DNA of 64,000 nt, taken from positions 1,054,001 to 1,118,000 of the forward strand of contig NW_026250405.1 in NCBI RefSeq assembly GCF_024521635.1. The letters run 5' to 3'. Each line of letters starts with the position of its first letter. Within the stretch, counting starts at the first letter, position 1. Made by a program: the position numbers and the translations under genes. Origin of the DNA: Tricharina praecox (lineage: Eukaryota). The notes under the pieces were generated by a model. That model was not told where the DNA came from. It was given only the letters and a program-made list of their open reading frames with translations, and did not search any database. Below, one piece after another: positions 1-11,580 of this stretch.

Positions 1-864
1 AGAGTACACGCCAGACCTGTTGGTTACAAGAGCCTTTCATCACCACCAATGGTTAATTGGTGGGCGGAAACCTATCACCCTGCAGAACTGTGTTTGGCGG
101 TGCCCACTCTACATACATTGCATCATACCATACCATACCACACACATCGTCCAGTATACTTCGACATGGCTGGTCCCGTTCTCCGCCTCTTAACTGCCTA
201 CACAACCTACATACGGTACTCTACAGTTAGGTGACCAACCGTAGCCTCCGCGTTTGAGGTTCTGTCCTTTCTTTAGTCCTTTCTTTGGACTCATCGGAAA
301 GTCGCGTAAGGCAACGAACATTACTGGTAGTCTGTTATCAACTGTAGGGATTACCTGCTATTTTCTCGTGCCGCACACTTCCGTCCTCTGGTCACTGGTG
401 CGAATTGCTGACTACGTTGTATGTACTGGTCCCTATCGGCATGGATGGGTTGGTGGGAGGCGGGGGGAAATACATACCGGTACTTGATTCACCGGGTTCC
501 TTGAAGCTGCACCCTCCCTACGCGGTGACCGGAGCCGACTGCCATTGGACGCTCTTCCTGTCGCTGCCTCGCTACTTTGGCGAGCAGCGTCCTGGTGACG
601 AGGGTACTTCTTGGTACAGCTGATACCAAGACAAGACCAGCCAGCAGACAGGTTGCGCCGAAGGGCGAGCGAGAGAGCGAGCGGGCGGCCATCGAGAGAC
701 AGAGAGACAGACGCCAGAGACCTTGCAAGTAGTGATAGTTGCAATGCTATAGGTGGCAACTATGGCGGAATCCCTGCGCATGGAGGCCGACGGCCCTGGC
801 AGGCGGAGGCAGGCAGGCAGAGGCAGGCAGGCAGAGGCAGGCAGAGGCAGGTCGACGACCACCC

Positions 865-947
865 ACCACCACCCGCCACCACCCACCACCACCCACCACC
901 ACCCACCACCACCCACCACCACCCACCACCCACCACCACCCACCACC
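865..947. repeat. (CCA)n-type microsatellite
   Basis: Imperfect CCACCACCACC run, preceded by GGCAG/GGCAGA repeats at about 797-850. Confidence 0.9.
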
Positions 948-2342
948 CTCCCTCCTCGAGTCCAGGCGCTTACCGGATAGACACCCCCCCCCCCCAGCCA
1001 TGCAGCCATCCAGTCGCGACGGCAGGACGTGCTTGCTTGGTCTTGCTTGGCCTGGTCGCAGAGCAGAGCTATTGTCGACACTGCGGCTTTGCGCACTGTG
1101 GTTGGTGACAGGGTTGGCTGCACGGAGGGGAACACAATCCTCTCTGGCTCGCCAACCAGATCGGCGGGATCTATCGCCATACTTGTGTGTGGCAGGAGGA
1201 GGGGAGCGGACGCGGCTGGCATGGGTGCGTTTTGTTTTGTTTGGCTGCCCCGACGAATCGTCTCGTCTGCTTGGCTGGCTGGCGGCTTTGCTGCTGCTCA
1301 TTGCTCGCCGTCGCTGCTCCTTCGGCCCGCCGCGAGAGGGAGGCGGCGAGGATAGGTGGGAAGCAGGAACGTAATAACATCAGCGTGTTTCCCGGTTTCC
1401 CACGAACGCTCTCTTTCTGTTCCTTCCGGACTCTTTCGACTCGTTCACGTCGCGACCGTCTCTGTCGATTTGCCCGACCCCGCGAAAAACACCCTCGAAA
1501 CACACGACATCGCGCGCCATCAAAAGCCGGCGTCGCTTGGTTCCTTGATAATACGCTGCTCCCCCGTGTCCATGGGCATTTGTCCGTGACGGCCTCTCGT
1601 GCTCCGTGTCATTGCCGTGTAGTCGATCGTCGCTCGCGAAATCCGCACCCGCGTCGCGCCTCGGCAATTCCCGGGGAAGGCGGAGGAGAAAGAGAGAGAG
1701 AGCATCGGCGAGGACAGACCGTCGGGGGACTTGTTTGCGGTTGGGCACGGCAGGGCCGCCCCGTCTTGAGTTGCAGTCCGCAGGTGGTGGTAGAAGTCGT
1801 GCTGGACGTGCATACAACCAACTACCACTGTACTCCGCCTCAGTTTTGCGCCTCGCCACAGCTGCCTCCCTGGCTGGTGGACTACAGCACACCACAGCAC
1901 AGCACAGGAATCACGCCCCACGACGTCGACAACGCACAGGGGGGGGGAGGAGGGCGGGTGCGAAAGCTGCAGGCTGGACGGGCAGCATCGCATTCTTATT
2001 TATCGTTTAGAGGGGCCGGTCGCTCGCTCTTGAGAATTCATTGTCAGAGTCCCTTTGCCACCTAACGGCGTGATCATCAACACCACCACACCCACCGCCA
2101 CCTCTCTCACGTTACACAGACCCTGGTAAGGATCAATGCCTTCCTTCCTGGCCCGCCGGCCATCAATTGACTGCTCCATTCCTTCGTCTCCGTCACTGAC
2201 TGCTTGTTCTTTAAACCTTTCCAGTATTTTCTATGACACGACGGTGATGGTTGAGCAAAGAAAAACATTACAAGCACATACAACACCCCCGGTGACATCG
2301 ACATCGTCTCCGTATACATAACTCCCACACAGCCACATCATC

Positions 2343-5300
2343 ATGGAATCGCAAACACAAACCCAAACACTCGGCCACGGCCACCTCACCGTGGGCGACC
2401 AGCGCTACACTCCGAGACTACGACCGAAGCCATCTTCCAGCAAGCTTCGCTCGACCGCAACCCAGTCCACCGTCATCACATCATCCAATCTCCTACACCC
2501 ACCGGCGTTCAATCGCTCACGAACAGACCTGTCCGTCCCACGGACATCCAACCCAAACAATGCTCCTCTCGTCATGGATTCGTCGGTATTCAACAGGCGA
2601 GGACTTGACCGCCGGCCGAGTGGTCTGCCCACCCCGGTTGAGCGCTCGACAACACCAATACAACGGCCGCGGACCGGCCCTCCCACCAAGGACCATCGTG
2701 TCTTCTCCTCCGGGACCTTGAACAAGGCCCCATCATCCATCGGGTCGTCGGGTGCCTCGTCCGACAAGTCGGAGGCGGAGCGGAGGAGGAGACTGACCAA
2801 GAAGAAGACCTCGGCCACCAATTCGGACAGGTCGTATGCGCTGGGAAACAGCTCTTCCGGTTCGTTATCCACCACCGCATCCTCGCACTTTGGCTCCAGA
2901 AACACCTCGCAGTCCTCCGTGCTGGGCATCACATTACCCGCAACCTCAGCTTCCTCGCAGTCATCTCTCCATGCCCGGCAACGATCCGGCAGCATTCCTC
3001 GATTGTTAACGCAAGACCTCCCAGTCCCCTTGGGTTACTCTAAGGTTGCTTGTGGTGAAAATAGTAGCCCGTCGACAGGATGCACTGACTCGCCATTCAG
3101 CCACTCGTCGACACCGTCCTCCTCGTCTTCCCACTCCCCCGGCCCAGCAGCGATGCTGCGAGCAGTCAGCTCGAGCCCGAGCCGACCCCCGGTGACTCGG
3201 CAGAGAACCGGGAGTTTTGCCAGCGTGGATGGCAACGATACAGTCGGATTGGATCCGGTACGGGAATCCACCACCTCGACATCCTCGGATTCAACCGTCC
3301 GCGCCAACGACAGGAGCAGGAGCAGGAGTGCCCCCAAGCCCCCTACGAATCAGTTCAGTCTTTTCCCAGCAACCACACAGAGACCCCCGAAATTGGCCCC
3401 TTCACCTCAACTCGTCCCTTCCTCGAAAGCGATTTCGCCGGCTACCGGCGCTGCGCGGACCAAGTGGGGTGGAAACGCCTCCGGGATCCCATCTCGTCCC
3501 TCGAGGGAGGGAGCCGGGCTCGGATTGTCGATCCCCGGCACCATGTCCTCCGGGAATGGGCCTTCGCTTACCAAGACCCGCAGCAGATCCATCAGCACGA
3601 CTCTGTCTCAGGGTAAGCTCCACAAGGAAAGGGCTACCCCGTCGCCGGGTCCCGCGCCATCAACCGCACAGAGGGCCGTTCCCAGGGCGATCGCCCAAGG
3701 ACTCACGTACAACACCATTCCCCCTCTCCGAGGCACCGGATCGCAGGATTCGGTTGTGGCACAGAAACTGGCGACGCCAGCCATCACCAAGCCGGGATTC
3801 TTTTCTAGGGGACGGACAAAGTCGGAGGAGAAAGTGCCCGAGAAGTTGACCAAGCGCGGGCCGACTGCAGGGACGGGATACGAGGGGTATGGAACATTCG
3901 GCAAGGCTTCGAGGTCGAAGAGTGGAGGCGCCGGTGTCGGTCGTGGAAGAAGTGGCAGCCAGACATCCACGTCTTCCACTAGCAGGGAGAGGAGTGGGAG
4001 CAGACCGGGAAGTCGCAGCAGTGTCGAGATGGACGACTATCTTGCCGAGAGGCTGAAGCCGGTGGTTATCGCGGGTGGTGCGGTGGTCGAGAACCACAAC
4101 CGACCGACGGAGATGGTTCGATCTGGAAGTTCGCCGGCGATTTTGGAGGCCAGGCCGGACAGCAGGCAGGGCAGGGAGCCGCAGAGGAGCGGAAGCTCGC
4201 TCGGCGTGTTCAGCAGAGGCGGAAGTCCTCCGAGCCCGAGCCCGATCGAGCCCGAAACCGTTGCGGCTCGCAGATTCAATGTGCCTGGAAGATCGGTGAC
4301 GCCTATCCCTCCGCCCATCAACACCACCGGTTTCAGGATCCGTCCGGCTCCTAGCCCAGCGGGTTCCGTCGAGTCCTCGAGGAACTTGTCTCTCGAATCG
4401 GCGGACCTTACAACTCCAGCGTCGTCGAAGCCAAAGGCCAAGAGGTGGATCTTTTTCCCGAAATCGCAGCCGAAGCCTACCGCCGCGCCACCACCGCCGC
4501 CAGCAGCATCCCCAGTACCGCCCATGTCGCGGTCCACATCGAGACGCAATGTACCCGCGCACTACGCACTTCTCGACCAGGAGGAGCAACGCGAGGCTCG
4601 TGAAATGGTGGAACGCATGCAAGAACTCCGCCAGCAGAAGCAGCGAGTCGTATCCAACGAGAATACTGAGACACCGCAAGCCACCGCGAACCACACCCAT
4701 GTCCTTCGCAAGCAGCCTCCCATCAATAGTACCAAGCAGAAATCGGCTCAAGCTGCGCCCGCTGCAAAGCCGGCCGGCCAGGCTCTTCTTCCACCGTACC
4801 GTTCCTTCCTGGATAGGTCTCGATCGGCTAAAGCCGAAGGAAAGAAGCCCGAGAAGGAGCCTGCCTCTGCGACCTCGGAGCTTAGGATCAGAACGGAGAT
4901 GCCCCTCCTGTCACCTGAGGAAAAGGTTTTCAGCGCGCCCGCCAGCATGGGAAGAGTCGGAGGCCAAGCCTTCGAGCCACGCACAACTCCCAGCCCCGAA
5001 GAGTTTCAGATCAATTGGAAAGCGTACGGTCTCACCCCGACCAACGCGCCTTCCGGAACGGAAAAGAACAAGGACTTCTGGGAGTACGATCCTCTCGATA
5101 CCCGCGGACGGCGAGCTGCAGTACCTCCGCCTTTGGGCACCGATACATCTGTTGCCGCAACCAGCGTTGCGTGGCCTCCCAGGAACGATTCCATCTCGTC
5201 AGCTGTTGTGAGCCAGACGATCGAGGTGCCAGCACAGGAAGAAGAGGAGACGCACGAGGAATTCTACAGTGAGCTCGAGGGCATGTATGGAATCCCACCG

Positions 5301-6830
5301 ACTCCGGCAACGGCCACATTCGCTCCAGCCATCAGGCGCACCAACACGGTCCGGTCGACGACATCATCCCTGGGCTCGCCCTTCCAGTATGCCGATCTCT
5401 GCTCGCCCCTCCAGTTTAAGTTTGATCCGCTGGAAGTGGAGCAGCGAGAGGAGCACCAGCATGAGGAGGAAGAAGAGGATAGCTTCGAGTACGATAATTA
5501 CTCGCCCGATTCGCCGACGCTTCCTCCTACCATGCCTTCTCGGACAATCCCTGACAATATTCCGATTCTGTCGCATTCCCATTCTAGTGTACTCGGACCG
5601 AGCCCAGACCAGCCTCTGCCATTCACCCCCACTTCTCAGGGAATCTTGCCTCCGTCTACGCCTTTCTCGATCTCTTCGTTCATCCGATACTACGGTGAGA
5701 CCGATGAGCAGCGCGAGGCCGCGGTGAACATGGTAGAGCCCGTCAAGCACCAGCTCGACAGCCCTGAGGATACTCCAGCCAAGACCCACAGATCGACCGA
5801 CTCCAATGGATCCACCGCTACGACCCAGTCCAGCGCCTCGGCCATTGTGGTCGAAGACGAGATGAAGATTCGGCCGTGGGCGCTCATTGCATCCCGATGG
5901 CTCTCGTTCGACAGGGTGCTCGTCAGCCCTGCACACCAAGCGTTGAGCAGTGGCAGCGGCGGCCGTGTCCTGGTGGTCGACGGCCTTGGAACTGGTAACC
6001 CATCTCCCAGCCAAACCCTAGTTGCCTCAGCTAACACCCCCATCGCAGATGATTGGTCCTTCTACTGTGCGCTCTCGTACCCTTCGGCAAAGGTTTACAA
6101 CCTCTCGCAAGCTTTTCCCTTCCCGCCTCCGACGGGAAGCGCGCCCCCGGTCTCGCCATCGGTGCCTCGCCCGCCAAACCACCACCAAGTGCACTACCCG
6201 TCCTTCGCCACGCCGTTCCCGTTCCCCAAGGGCTTCTTCGACGTCATCTGCTTCCGGTTCCTACCATCGTCGTCGGACGCGCACTGGGCCTTCATCCTGA
6301 GCCAATGCAAGCGCGTGCTGCGACCGGGCGGGCATCTCGAGGTGACGCTTCTCGACGCAGACCTGATGAACGTTGGCCCGCGCACGCAGCGCGCAGTCGA
6401 CCTGGTCAAGGCCATCATGCAGCGCGAGAGCGAGGCGGTCGGCTCCTCTGCCGCGCCGCGTCCAGCCTCTGAAAAGGTCCTGCGCATCCTCGCCAAGAAG
6501 GGCTTCGAGGACGTCAACAAGTGCTTCGTAGGCCTGCCGGCCGTCGGGAAAGTTGGCTCCAGCGGCGCCGGCGGTGAACGCGGCACTACAGAGCGCGAAC
6601 ACAGTCCTGAAGATCCCGACGACATCAACGAGGTCGTCAGCAAGGTCGGCCGCTGGTGGTACTCGCGCTGCTACGAGGGCGTCATCACAGCCCAGGGCGA
6701 ACACATGGAACGCAGCATGTGGGCCGACCGCGCCCTGCTGCGCGAGTGCAGGAAGCGCCATACGAACTTTCGCATGCTCGTTTGCTGTGCGCGGAAGCCG
6801 GTTAGGGGGGAGGTTAGGGACAGGGAGTAG
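2343..6830 (+). CDS. Large S/P/T-rich protein with C-terminal class I SAM-methyltransferase-like domain
   Basis: 1495-codon ORF. The C-terminus has RVLVVDGLG..DDWSFYCAL, FPFPKGFFDVICFRF and CKRVLRPGGHLE (Methyltransf_11-like). Probable in-frame 54-nt intron at 5995-6048 (GTAACC..GCTAAC..CAG). Probable 5'UTR intron at 2126-2224. Confidence 0.85.
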   Translation: MESQTQTQTLGHGHLTVGDQRYTPRLRPKPSSSKLRSTATQSTVITSSNLLHPPAFNRSRTDLSVPRTSNPNNAPLVMDSSVFNRRGLDRRPSGLPTPVERSTTPIQRPRTGPPTKDHRVFSSGTLNKAPSSIGSSGASSDKSEAERRRRLTKKKTSATNSDRSYALGNSSSGSLSTTASSHFGSRNTSQSSVLGITLPATSASSQSSLHARQRSGSIPRLLTQDLPVPLGYSKVACGENSSPSTGCTDSPFSHSSTPSSSSSHSPGPAAMLRAVSSSPSRPPVTRQRTGSFASVDGNDTVGLDPVRESTTSTSSDSTVRANDRSRSRSAPKPPTNQFSLFPATTQRPPKLAPSPQLVPSSKAISPATGAARTKWGGNASGIPSRPSREGAGLGLSIPGTMSSGNGPSLTKTRSRSISTTLSQGKLHKERATPSPGPAPSTAQRAVPRAIAQGLTYNTIPPLRGTGSQDSVVAQKLATPAITKPGFFSRGRTKSEEKVPEKLTKRGPTAGTGYEGYGTFGKASRSKSGGAGVGRGRSGSQTSTSSTSRERSGSRPGSRSSVEMDDYLAERLKPVVIAGGAVVENHNRPTEMVRSGSSPAILEARPDSRQGREPQRSGSSLGVFSRGGSPPSPSPIEPETVAARRFNVPGRSVTPIPPPINTTGFRIRPAPSPAGSVESSRNLSLESADLTTPASSKPKAKRWIFFPKSQPKPTAAPPPPPAASPVPPMSRSTSRRNVPAHYALLDQEEQREAREMVERMQELRQQKQRVVSNENTETPQATANHTHVLRKQPPINSTKQKSAQAAPAAKPAGQALLPPYRSFLDRSRSAKAEGKKPEKEPASATSELRIRTEMPLLSPEEKVFSAPASMGRVGGQAFEPRTTPSPEEFQINWKAYGLTPTNAPSGTEKNKDFWEYDPLDTRGRRAAVPPPLGTDTSVAATSVAWPPRNDSISSAVVSQTIEVPAQEEEETHEEFYSELEGMYGIPPTPATATFAPAIRRTNTVRSTTSSLGSPFQYADLCSPLQFKFDPLEVEQREEHQHEEEEEDSFEYDNYSPDSPTLPPTMPSRTIPDNIPILSHSHSSVLGPSPDQPLPFTPTSQGILPPSTPFSISSFIRYYGETDEQREAAVNMVEPVKHQLDSPEDTPAKTHRSTDSNGSTATTQSSASAIVVEDEMKIRPWALIASRWLSFDRVLVSPAHQALSSGSGGRVLVVDGLGTGNPSPSQTLVASANTPIADDWSFYCALSYPSAKVYNLSQAFPFPPPTGSAPPVSPSVPRPPNHHQVHYPSFATPFPFPKGFFDVICFRFLPSSSDAHWAFILSQCKRVLRPGGHLEVTLLDADLMNVGPRTQRAVDLVKAIMQRESEAVGSSAAPRPASEKVLRILAKKGFEDVNKCFVGLPAVGKVGSSGAGGERGTTEREHSPEDPDDINEVVSKVGRWWYSRCYEGVITAQGEHMERSMWADRALLRECRKRHTNFRMLVCCARKPVRGEVRDRE

Positions 6831-7605
6831 GCCCGTTTTGTTTTCACGTTTTTGTCGCGTTTGTCACGTTTTCATCACGTTTTTGTCACCATTTTCTTCG
6901 GGCCTTCGGCGCATCTGATGGGATTTTTATTTCATGTTTGGCGTTTGCGATTGCGTCTGTATATTTTGTTTTCTCTTTGTTTATTTCTTGGGAATACCTG
7001 CATTACTACTTCCTTGTTCTACGTTTTCTTCTTTTTTCTTCTTCTTTTTGGCTTTCTTTCTAGGCTGGCAGGGACGGGGTGGGGATTCGGGATTCGGGGT
7101 TTGGGGGTGTTTTTCTTTCTGGGAAGAACTGTTTTTTGGGCGCGAGCCACCAACCTTTTTTTTTTTTGTTTGTTTGTTTTGTTTGTTTTGTTTGTTTGTT
7201 TGACGATATGATATCTACTAACGACTCGATTATGACGGCGTTGATTATTTGGTTTTTGGTTTTACTTTTGGTTTTTTGTCAAGGTGCTGAAGGAAGGTGC
7301 TGAAGGGGGTTATACTTACCAGATTGATGTATGAGCGGTTTTGTCTTGAAGTGGTGGTGGTGTGCACTGTGGGGTGTGGAGGAACTGGTGGGTGTAGGAT
7401 GGGATCGCGGGGAGGGGGGGATGGACGGGATGCCTTGCTGCGGGGGAATAAGATAGGAATTGAAGATCCGATATGATGAACACACCCTCTTTTTTTGGAC
7501 TGTGAACTTGTGAAGTGAATATTTGCTGCCTTCAGGAGGGAGGGAGGGAGGGAGGGAGAATGCCTTATGTCTTGCATCCATGCAGCATGCAGCGTGCTCG
7601 GTGGA

Positions 7606-7664
7606 CGGTAGACCAACCAGAACGGTAGGCCAACCAGAACGGTAGACCAACCAACCGGAACGGT
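7606..7664. repeat. 18-bp tandem repeat, about 3 copies
   Basis: CGGTAGACCAACCAGAA-like unit repeated. Confidence 0.7.
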
Positions 7665-8372
7665 GAACTAATCAGAGACCTTGGGCACTCGCTCGCAGAC
7701 ACACTGCCTAGAGGTTTGCCGAGAACGTGACTTGTTGTGTTACTGCAGGGGTTGGGGTTAGACTGGTTTTATAGAGTGGTTAAGCGCTGTGTTGATGGTG
7801 ATGTTGCGCAAGGAATTGGGGGGATGGAGGGGAATCGGGGGAGGGAGGGGAAGGAATTGAGGGGATGATGGAGGGGGTCTTGGGAGTGAGGGTGGGGGGA
7901 GTGGGGGGATGCTGAATGTACTGAAAGACCTTGATTATTGATTGTGGGTTGCTGCGCATACCGCCGGCTCCAGCAACAGTACCAGCAGTAGCAGGACCGA
8001 TTGATTGCTTGACAGGTTGACAAGATCACAAGTCAATTCCCAAATGGCAGACTCTCAGAGGGCAGAGGGCAGAGGGCAGAGGGCAGAAGGGCCAGAGGGG
8101 GTCAGATGTCAACGTGAAAACGCACGACCTAGGCGAGGGCTGGAAGTACCATGGGCAGGTTTATTGCTCCTCGACTTGAGCCTTGAGCCTTTCTCACAGC
8201 CTCGCAGTCTCGCACTGGTTGGAACTTGGAAGTTGGAGGTTAGAACTTGGAACTGGGCACGCTGGAACTTTGCACGCCGGAAGTTGAAGCTTGGAAGAAG
8301 CACTGCAGCGAGTCTTGGTTGTATCTGTCAATCTAGAGTTCTCAAGCCTCACTCGATGACGTGAGAGGTAGA

Positions 8373-8965
8373 CTATCGGATTCTTCTTTCTTATGCTTTT
8401 CTCTGCGCACTAGTTACGGGTAGATATCTGATCTTGGTGTTCTAGGGGTGGTTTGTTCCTGTATTGTACATATGATACTACGAGTGCCGTAATTGATTGT
8501 CCTTGATCGTGCTGCCGTACAATACAATACCTACACAGCCAGCCTTGGAACATCCACCCATGAACATATCTACTCAGCAGAGCACCTACCCAGCACCCGG
8601 GTATGCCCAATCCCTCAAGTCCTAAGTACCCACCTGCCTACCCAGCGATCCCTGATCCCGAATCCCGAATCAGTTCTAACTTCTGGAGCGGCGGAGCTCT
8701 CTTGGAAGTTGGAACTTGACATGTAAGTTCGGGGGATCCCATGTATCGGCCCGTGGAAGGTGGCTGTGGCTGTAGCCTGTGGCTGTAGCCTGTGGCTGGA
8801 GGCGGCGTGGTACGGTATGTGCTCGTTAGCGCGGCGACGACGGTACTGTTTCTGGTTAGGACGTTTGAACTTTGATGGTGATAGTGATAGTGATAGTGAT
8901 CGGTAGTGATGGGAGTTAGCGTGAGAAATGTCGAATACCCACTTCTGCGCGCGCGGAGGTTGAAA
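8373..8965. repeat. Diverged direct repeat, copy A (partner at about 10860-11580)
   Basis: Colinear shared blocks: TCGGATTCTTCTTTCT, ATACTACGAGT, CCCGGGTATG, ATCCCGAATCCCGAATC, GAGCGGCGGAGCTCTCTT, CATGTAAGTTCGGG, CCATGTATCGGCCCGTGGAAGG, GACGACGGTA, ATGTCGAATA, GCGGAGGTTGAA. Confidence 0.85.
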
Positions 8966-10264
8966 CTGTTGATGCGAATGTGGATTGATTGATACTATGG
9001 AAAGGACAGTGTGTTATATAAACAGTGAAAAAACTTAGATACCGACAAAACCAGGTTCTTGGTGCCGAGCCCACATCTATATAGGCTCTTGATGCCGAAC
9101 CCACATCCAGATAGACTTTTGAATCTTGATGCCAAATCCACATCTAGGTTCTGCTATGTATCCGCCGGCGCTCTCGGCATTCCACCGCCGATCACTCGGC
9201 TGCCTACGGCGTCGCCGTGTTGGAAATATACTCCAGAGTAAGATGTGGTGGTGAACAGTGTAGTATTGAAGTATAATGCTGTAGCCTCGTGAGAACAGAA
9301 GATATATGGGAATAGGGGTAAAGGCCCGTGCCTTCTACCATGACTAATCTAGGTAGACAGATATTGCAACACTTTCCCTCTTGCTGCCTACCAGCTGGCA
9401 GCAAGCATTGAACGAGGCAACGAAGGAGTAGGTATGAGAAACAGTGAAAAGTGAAAACAGTGAAACTGGTGAAACTCCTCATTGGCCTCAGTAAAAATCT
9501 ATGCAGTAAACCCTGTGGGAAAAACCTGCTAGGGAATGAGTACCAACTTGCTGAAGTCCAAAAACAGTACAGTAGAAACTTGTCAAATAGGGATTCGGGG
9601 GCAAAGCCGGCCAAGCCACCGCCGCCGCCGGGCCCCCTCGGGCCGCCGGGGACGAGCCGCCGCCAGAAGTGAGAAAAGTGGCACACGGGCCCTATGCATG
9701 TAGAATGAAATGCGAACAATAATCCCCAGGTACCTCCTTAAAACTCGTAACCGTGGGAAAAACCTTCGTGGGAAAAAGACCACCGGCATAGGTAGGAGAA
9801 AGAGTGCACCGTCCAAAGAGAGGGGGAGCAAAATGACCATAGTTCAACCGCTTGTCATGCTTCACCAGAAGCTTCCACCGAATCCACTTCCCCTGTGTCC
9901 CAGCCCGTGGACATGCTTTCGCCGAATGCATCTCCAGGGGAAGAATCGCCGTCATGATGTCGCAAGTAGGTTGTCTGGGTTGCGTCTGTCTGGCACCCAG
10001 TGTCCAGTCCGGCCAAAGGTGAGGACATATCCGGATGTCGATTTCAGTCGCTTGCGTCACCGGCAGAGTTTGTGTCTTCGTCTCCGTCTTCGTCTCCGTC
10101 TCCGGCAAGATCTGCGTCTCCGGCAGAGTCCGAGTCTCCGAACTCGATGTTGCGCAAGGGCCGCAGGGTGTAGCATGTAGCAGTTAGCTTCGAATGAGTC
10201 GCGGTCCGAGATCTGTGATCTTGTATTCGGCGTGGTGGTGGTTCTTTAGTTCGGTAACTCGTTC

Positions 10265-10520
10265 CGCAAACGGGGATCATGCTCGCATCGGCAGAGGCCG
10301 AGAGTTCCGAGAAACGCGTCAATATGGTGATACCAACAGGCGGGCAGCTTGCCTCAGTCCGTGTAAAGGCTTCCTAAGTTTGCAGGCATGATGTCCATTC
10401 TAGTCAGTTGCCTCACGGATGCCCGCCGACATACCTAGCCATGTAGACTTCGCCGTCCACTTCCGGATTGAGGAAGGCAGTGACGACGTCAAGGTGATTG
10501 ATCCTCCACCCACGACCGCA
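10265..10520 (-). mobile_element. Degenerate Ty1/copia reverse transcriptase fragment
   Basis: The minus strand reads, across frameshifts or stops, WRINHLDVVTAFLNPEVDGEVYM ... CKLRKPLHGLRQAARL ... WYHHIDAFLGTLGLCRCEHDPRL. These match the copia RVT_2 motifs (HLDVxTAFLN; CxLxKxLYGLKQAxR; WY..ID.FL..LGF.R...DP.L) in the correct order. Confidence 0.85.
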
Positions 10521-10521
10521 T

Positions 10522-10731
10522 TCGATACACGGTATGCCTTCCATCGTAGGTACGCGCATCTCCGTGCCGGCCATAGCATATCCGCATCCGACACTCGTCG
10601 GCATGCTATCCATAGGTACGTGGACCTTATGGGTTCTCGCATCCGACACCATCGGTATGCCATCCATAGGTACGCGCACACTCGTGCCTACCATACATAG
10701 GGTTCTGACATCCGATGTGATCGGTATGCCT
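10522..10731. repeat. Minisatellite, about 4 imperfect copies of a 55-65 bp unit
   Basis: Recurring CATCCGACAC..CGGTATGCC.TCCATAGGTACG. Confidence 0.75.
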
Positions 10732-10859
10732 TTTGCCTTTATTCATTACTGCTACAAGCCTCAATTGTAATTTGGCAGTCTGTAAGGAAAAGTTCTGGAC
10801 TCAAGGTTCAGCTGACACTTGATGGCGAGACTCGTGAGAGTAGGATGCACCTATGCAGT

Positions 10860-11580
10860 TGTCGGATTCTTCTTTCTCGTGCTTTTATCTAAGCACTACG
10901 GGTATAGGATACCTATCTGGTCTTGGTGGGTTGTTTCAAATACATACTACGAGTACTCGATTGTCCTGCGTGCCAGCTGCGATTGGACTGCCTACAATAC
11001 TACCATATCCACACAGTCAGCCGGCCTTCCCGTCCACCCACCCATGAACCCATGAACCCATCCAGAGCACCCACCCATTAACCCATGAACCCATCCAGAG
11101 CACCCATCCAGAGTACCTACCCAACTACCCGGTACCCGGGTATGGTCAAGACTCAAATCCTCAGTACCCACCCAGCTGTCCGAATCCCGAATCCCGAATC
11201 CCGAATCGGTTCTAGAGCGGCGGAGCTCTCTTAGAATTAGAACTTGCCATGGCTATATTAGTTGCCATGTAAGTTCGGGCGACGGGAGGTGCCATGTATC
11301 GGTGCCATGTATCGGCCCGTGGAAGGCGACTGTGCGTGGACGGTAGCTGTGGGCGGAGGCGGCATGGGCGGAGGTGGTGTGGTATGCGCTCGTTGGGGCG
11401 GTGACGACGGTAGTCTTTCTGATCAAGATGTTTGAACATCGAATGGCCGGGTGAAGAGGGGTGGATGCGGTTTATGTGGTAGTAGGTAGTGATTTCGATG
11501 GTGATCCTTGGTGATGGGCGTGCGCGTAAGAGATGTCGAATATCCGCCCTCCCCCAGCCCCCTTTGCGGAGGTTGAACAG
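10860..11580. repeat. Diverged direct repeat, copy B (partner at about 8373-8965)
   Basis: Same colinear blocks as copy A, with internal small expansions (CCCATGAACCCATCCAGAGCAC). Confidence 0.85.

Noticed and set aside
400..2065. Several long overlapping ORFs (up to 292 aa)
   Set aside because: They arise from GC-rich microsatellite DNA upstream of the 2343 gene, have no domain, and mostly use non-ATG starts.
10522..10731. Repeat-spacer-like pattern resembling a CRISPR array
   Set aside because: Eukaryotic context, degenerate units, related intervening sequences and no cas genes. It is a minisatellite.
11212..11439. Possible small paralogous peptides in the two direct repeats (QKDYRRHRPNERIPHH versus QKQYRRRRANEHIPYH)
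   Set aside because: The other copy lacks the ATG and the two differ by frame-breaking indels. The similarity is explained by nucleotide homology.
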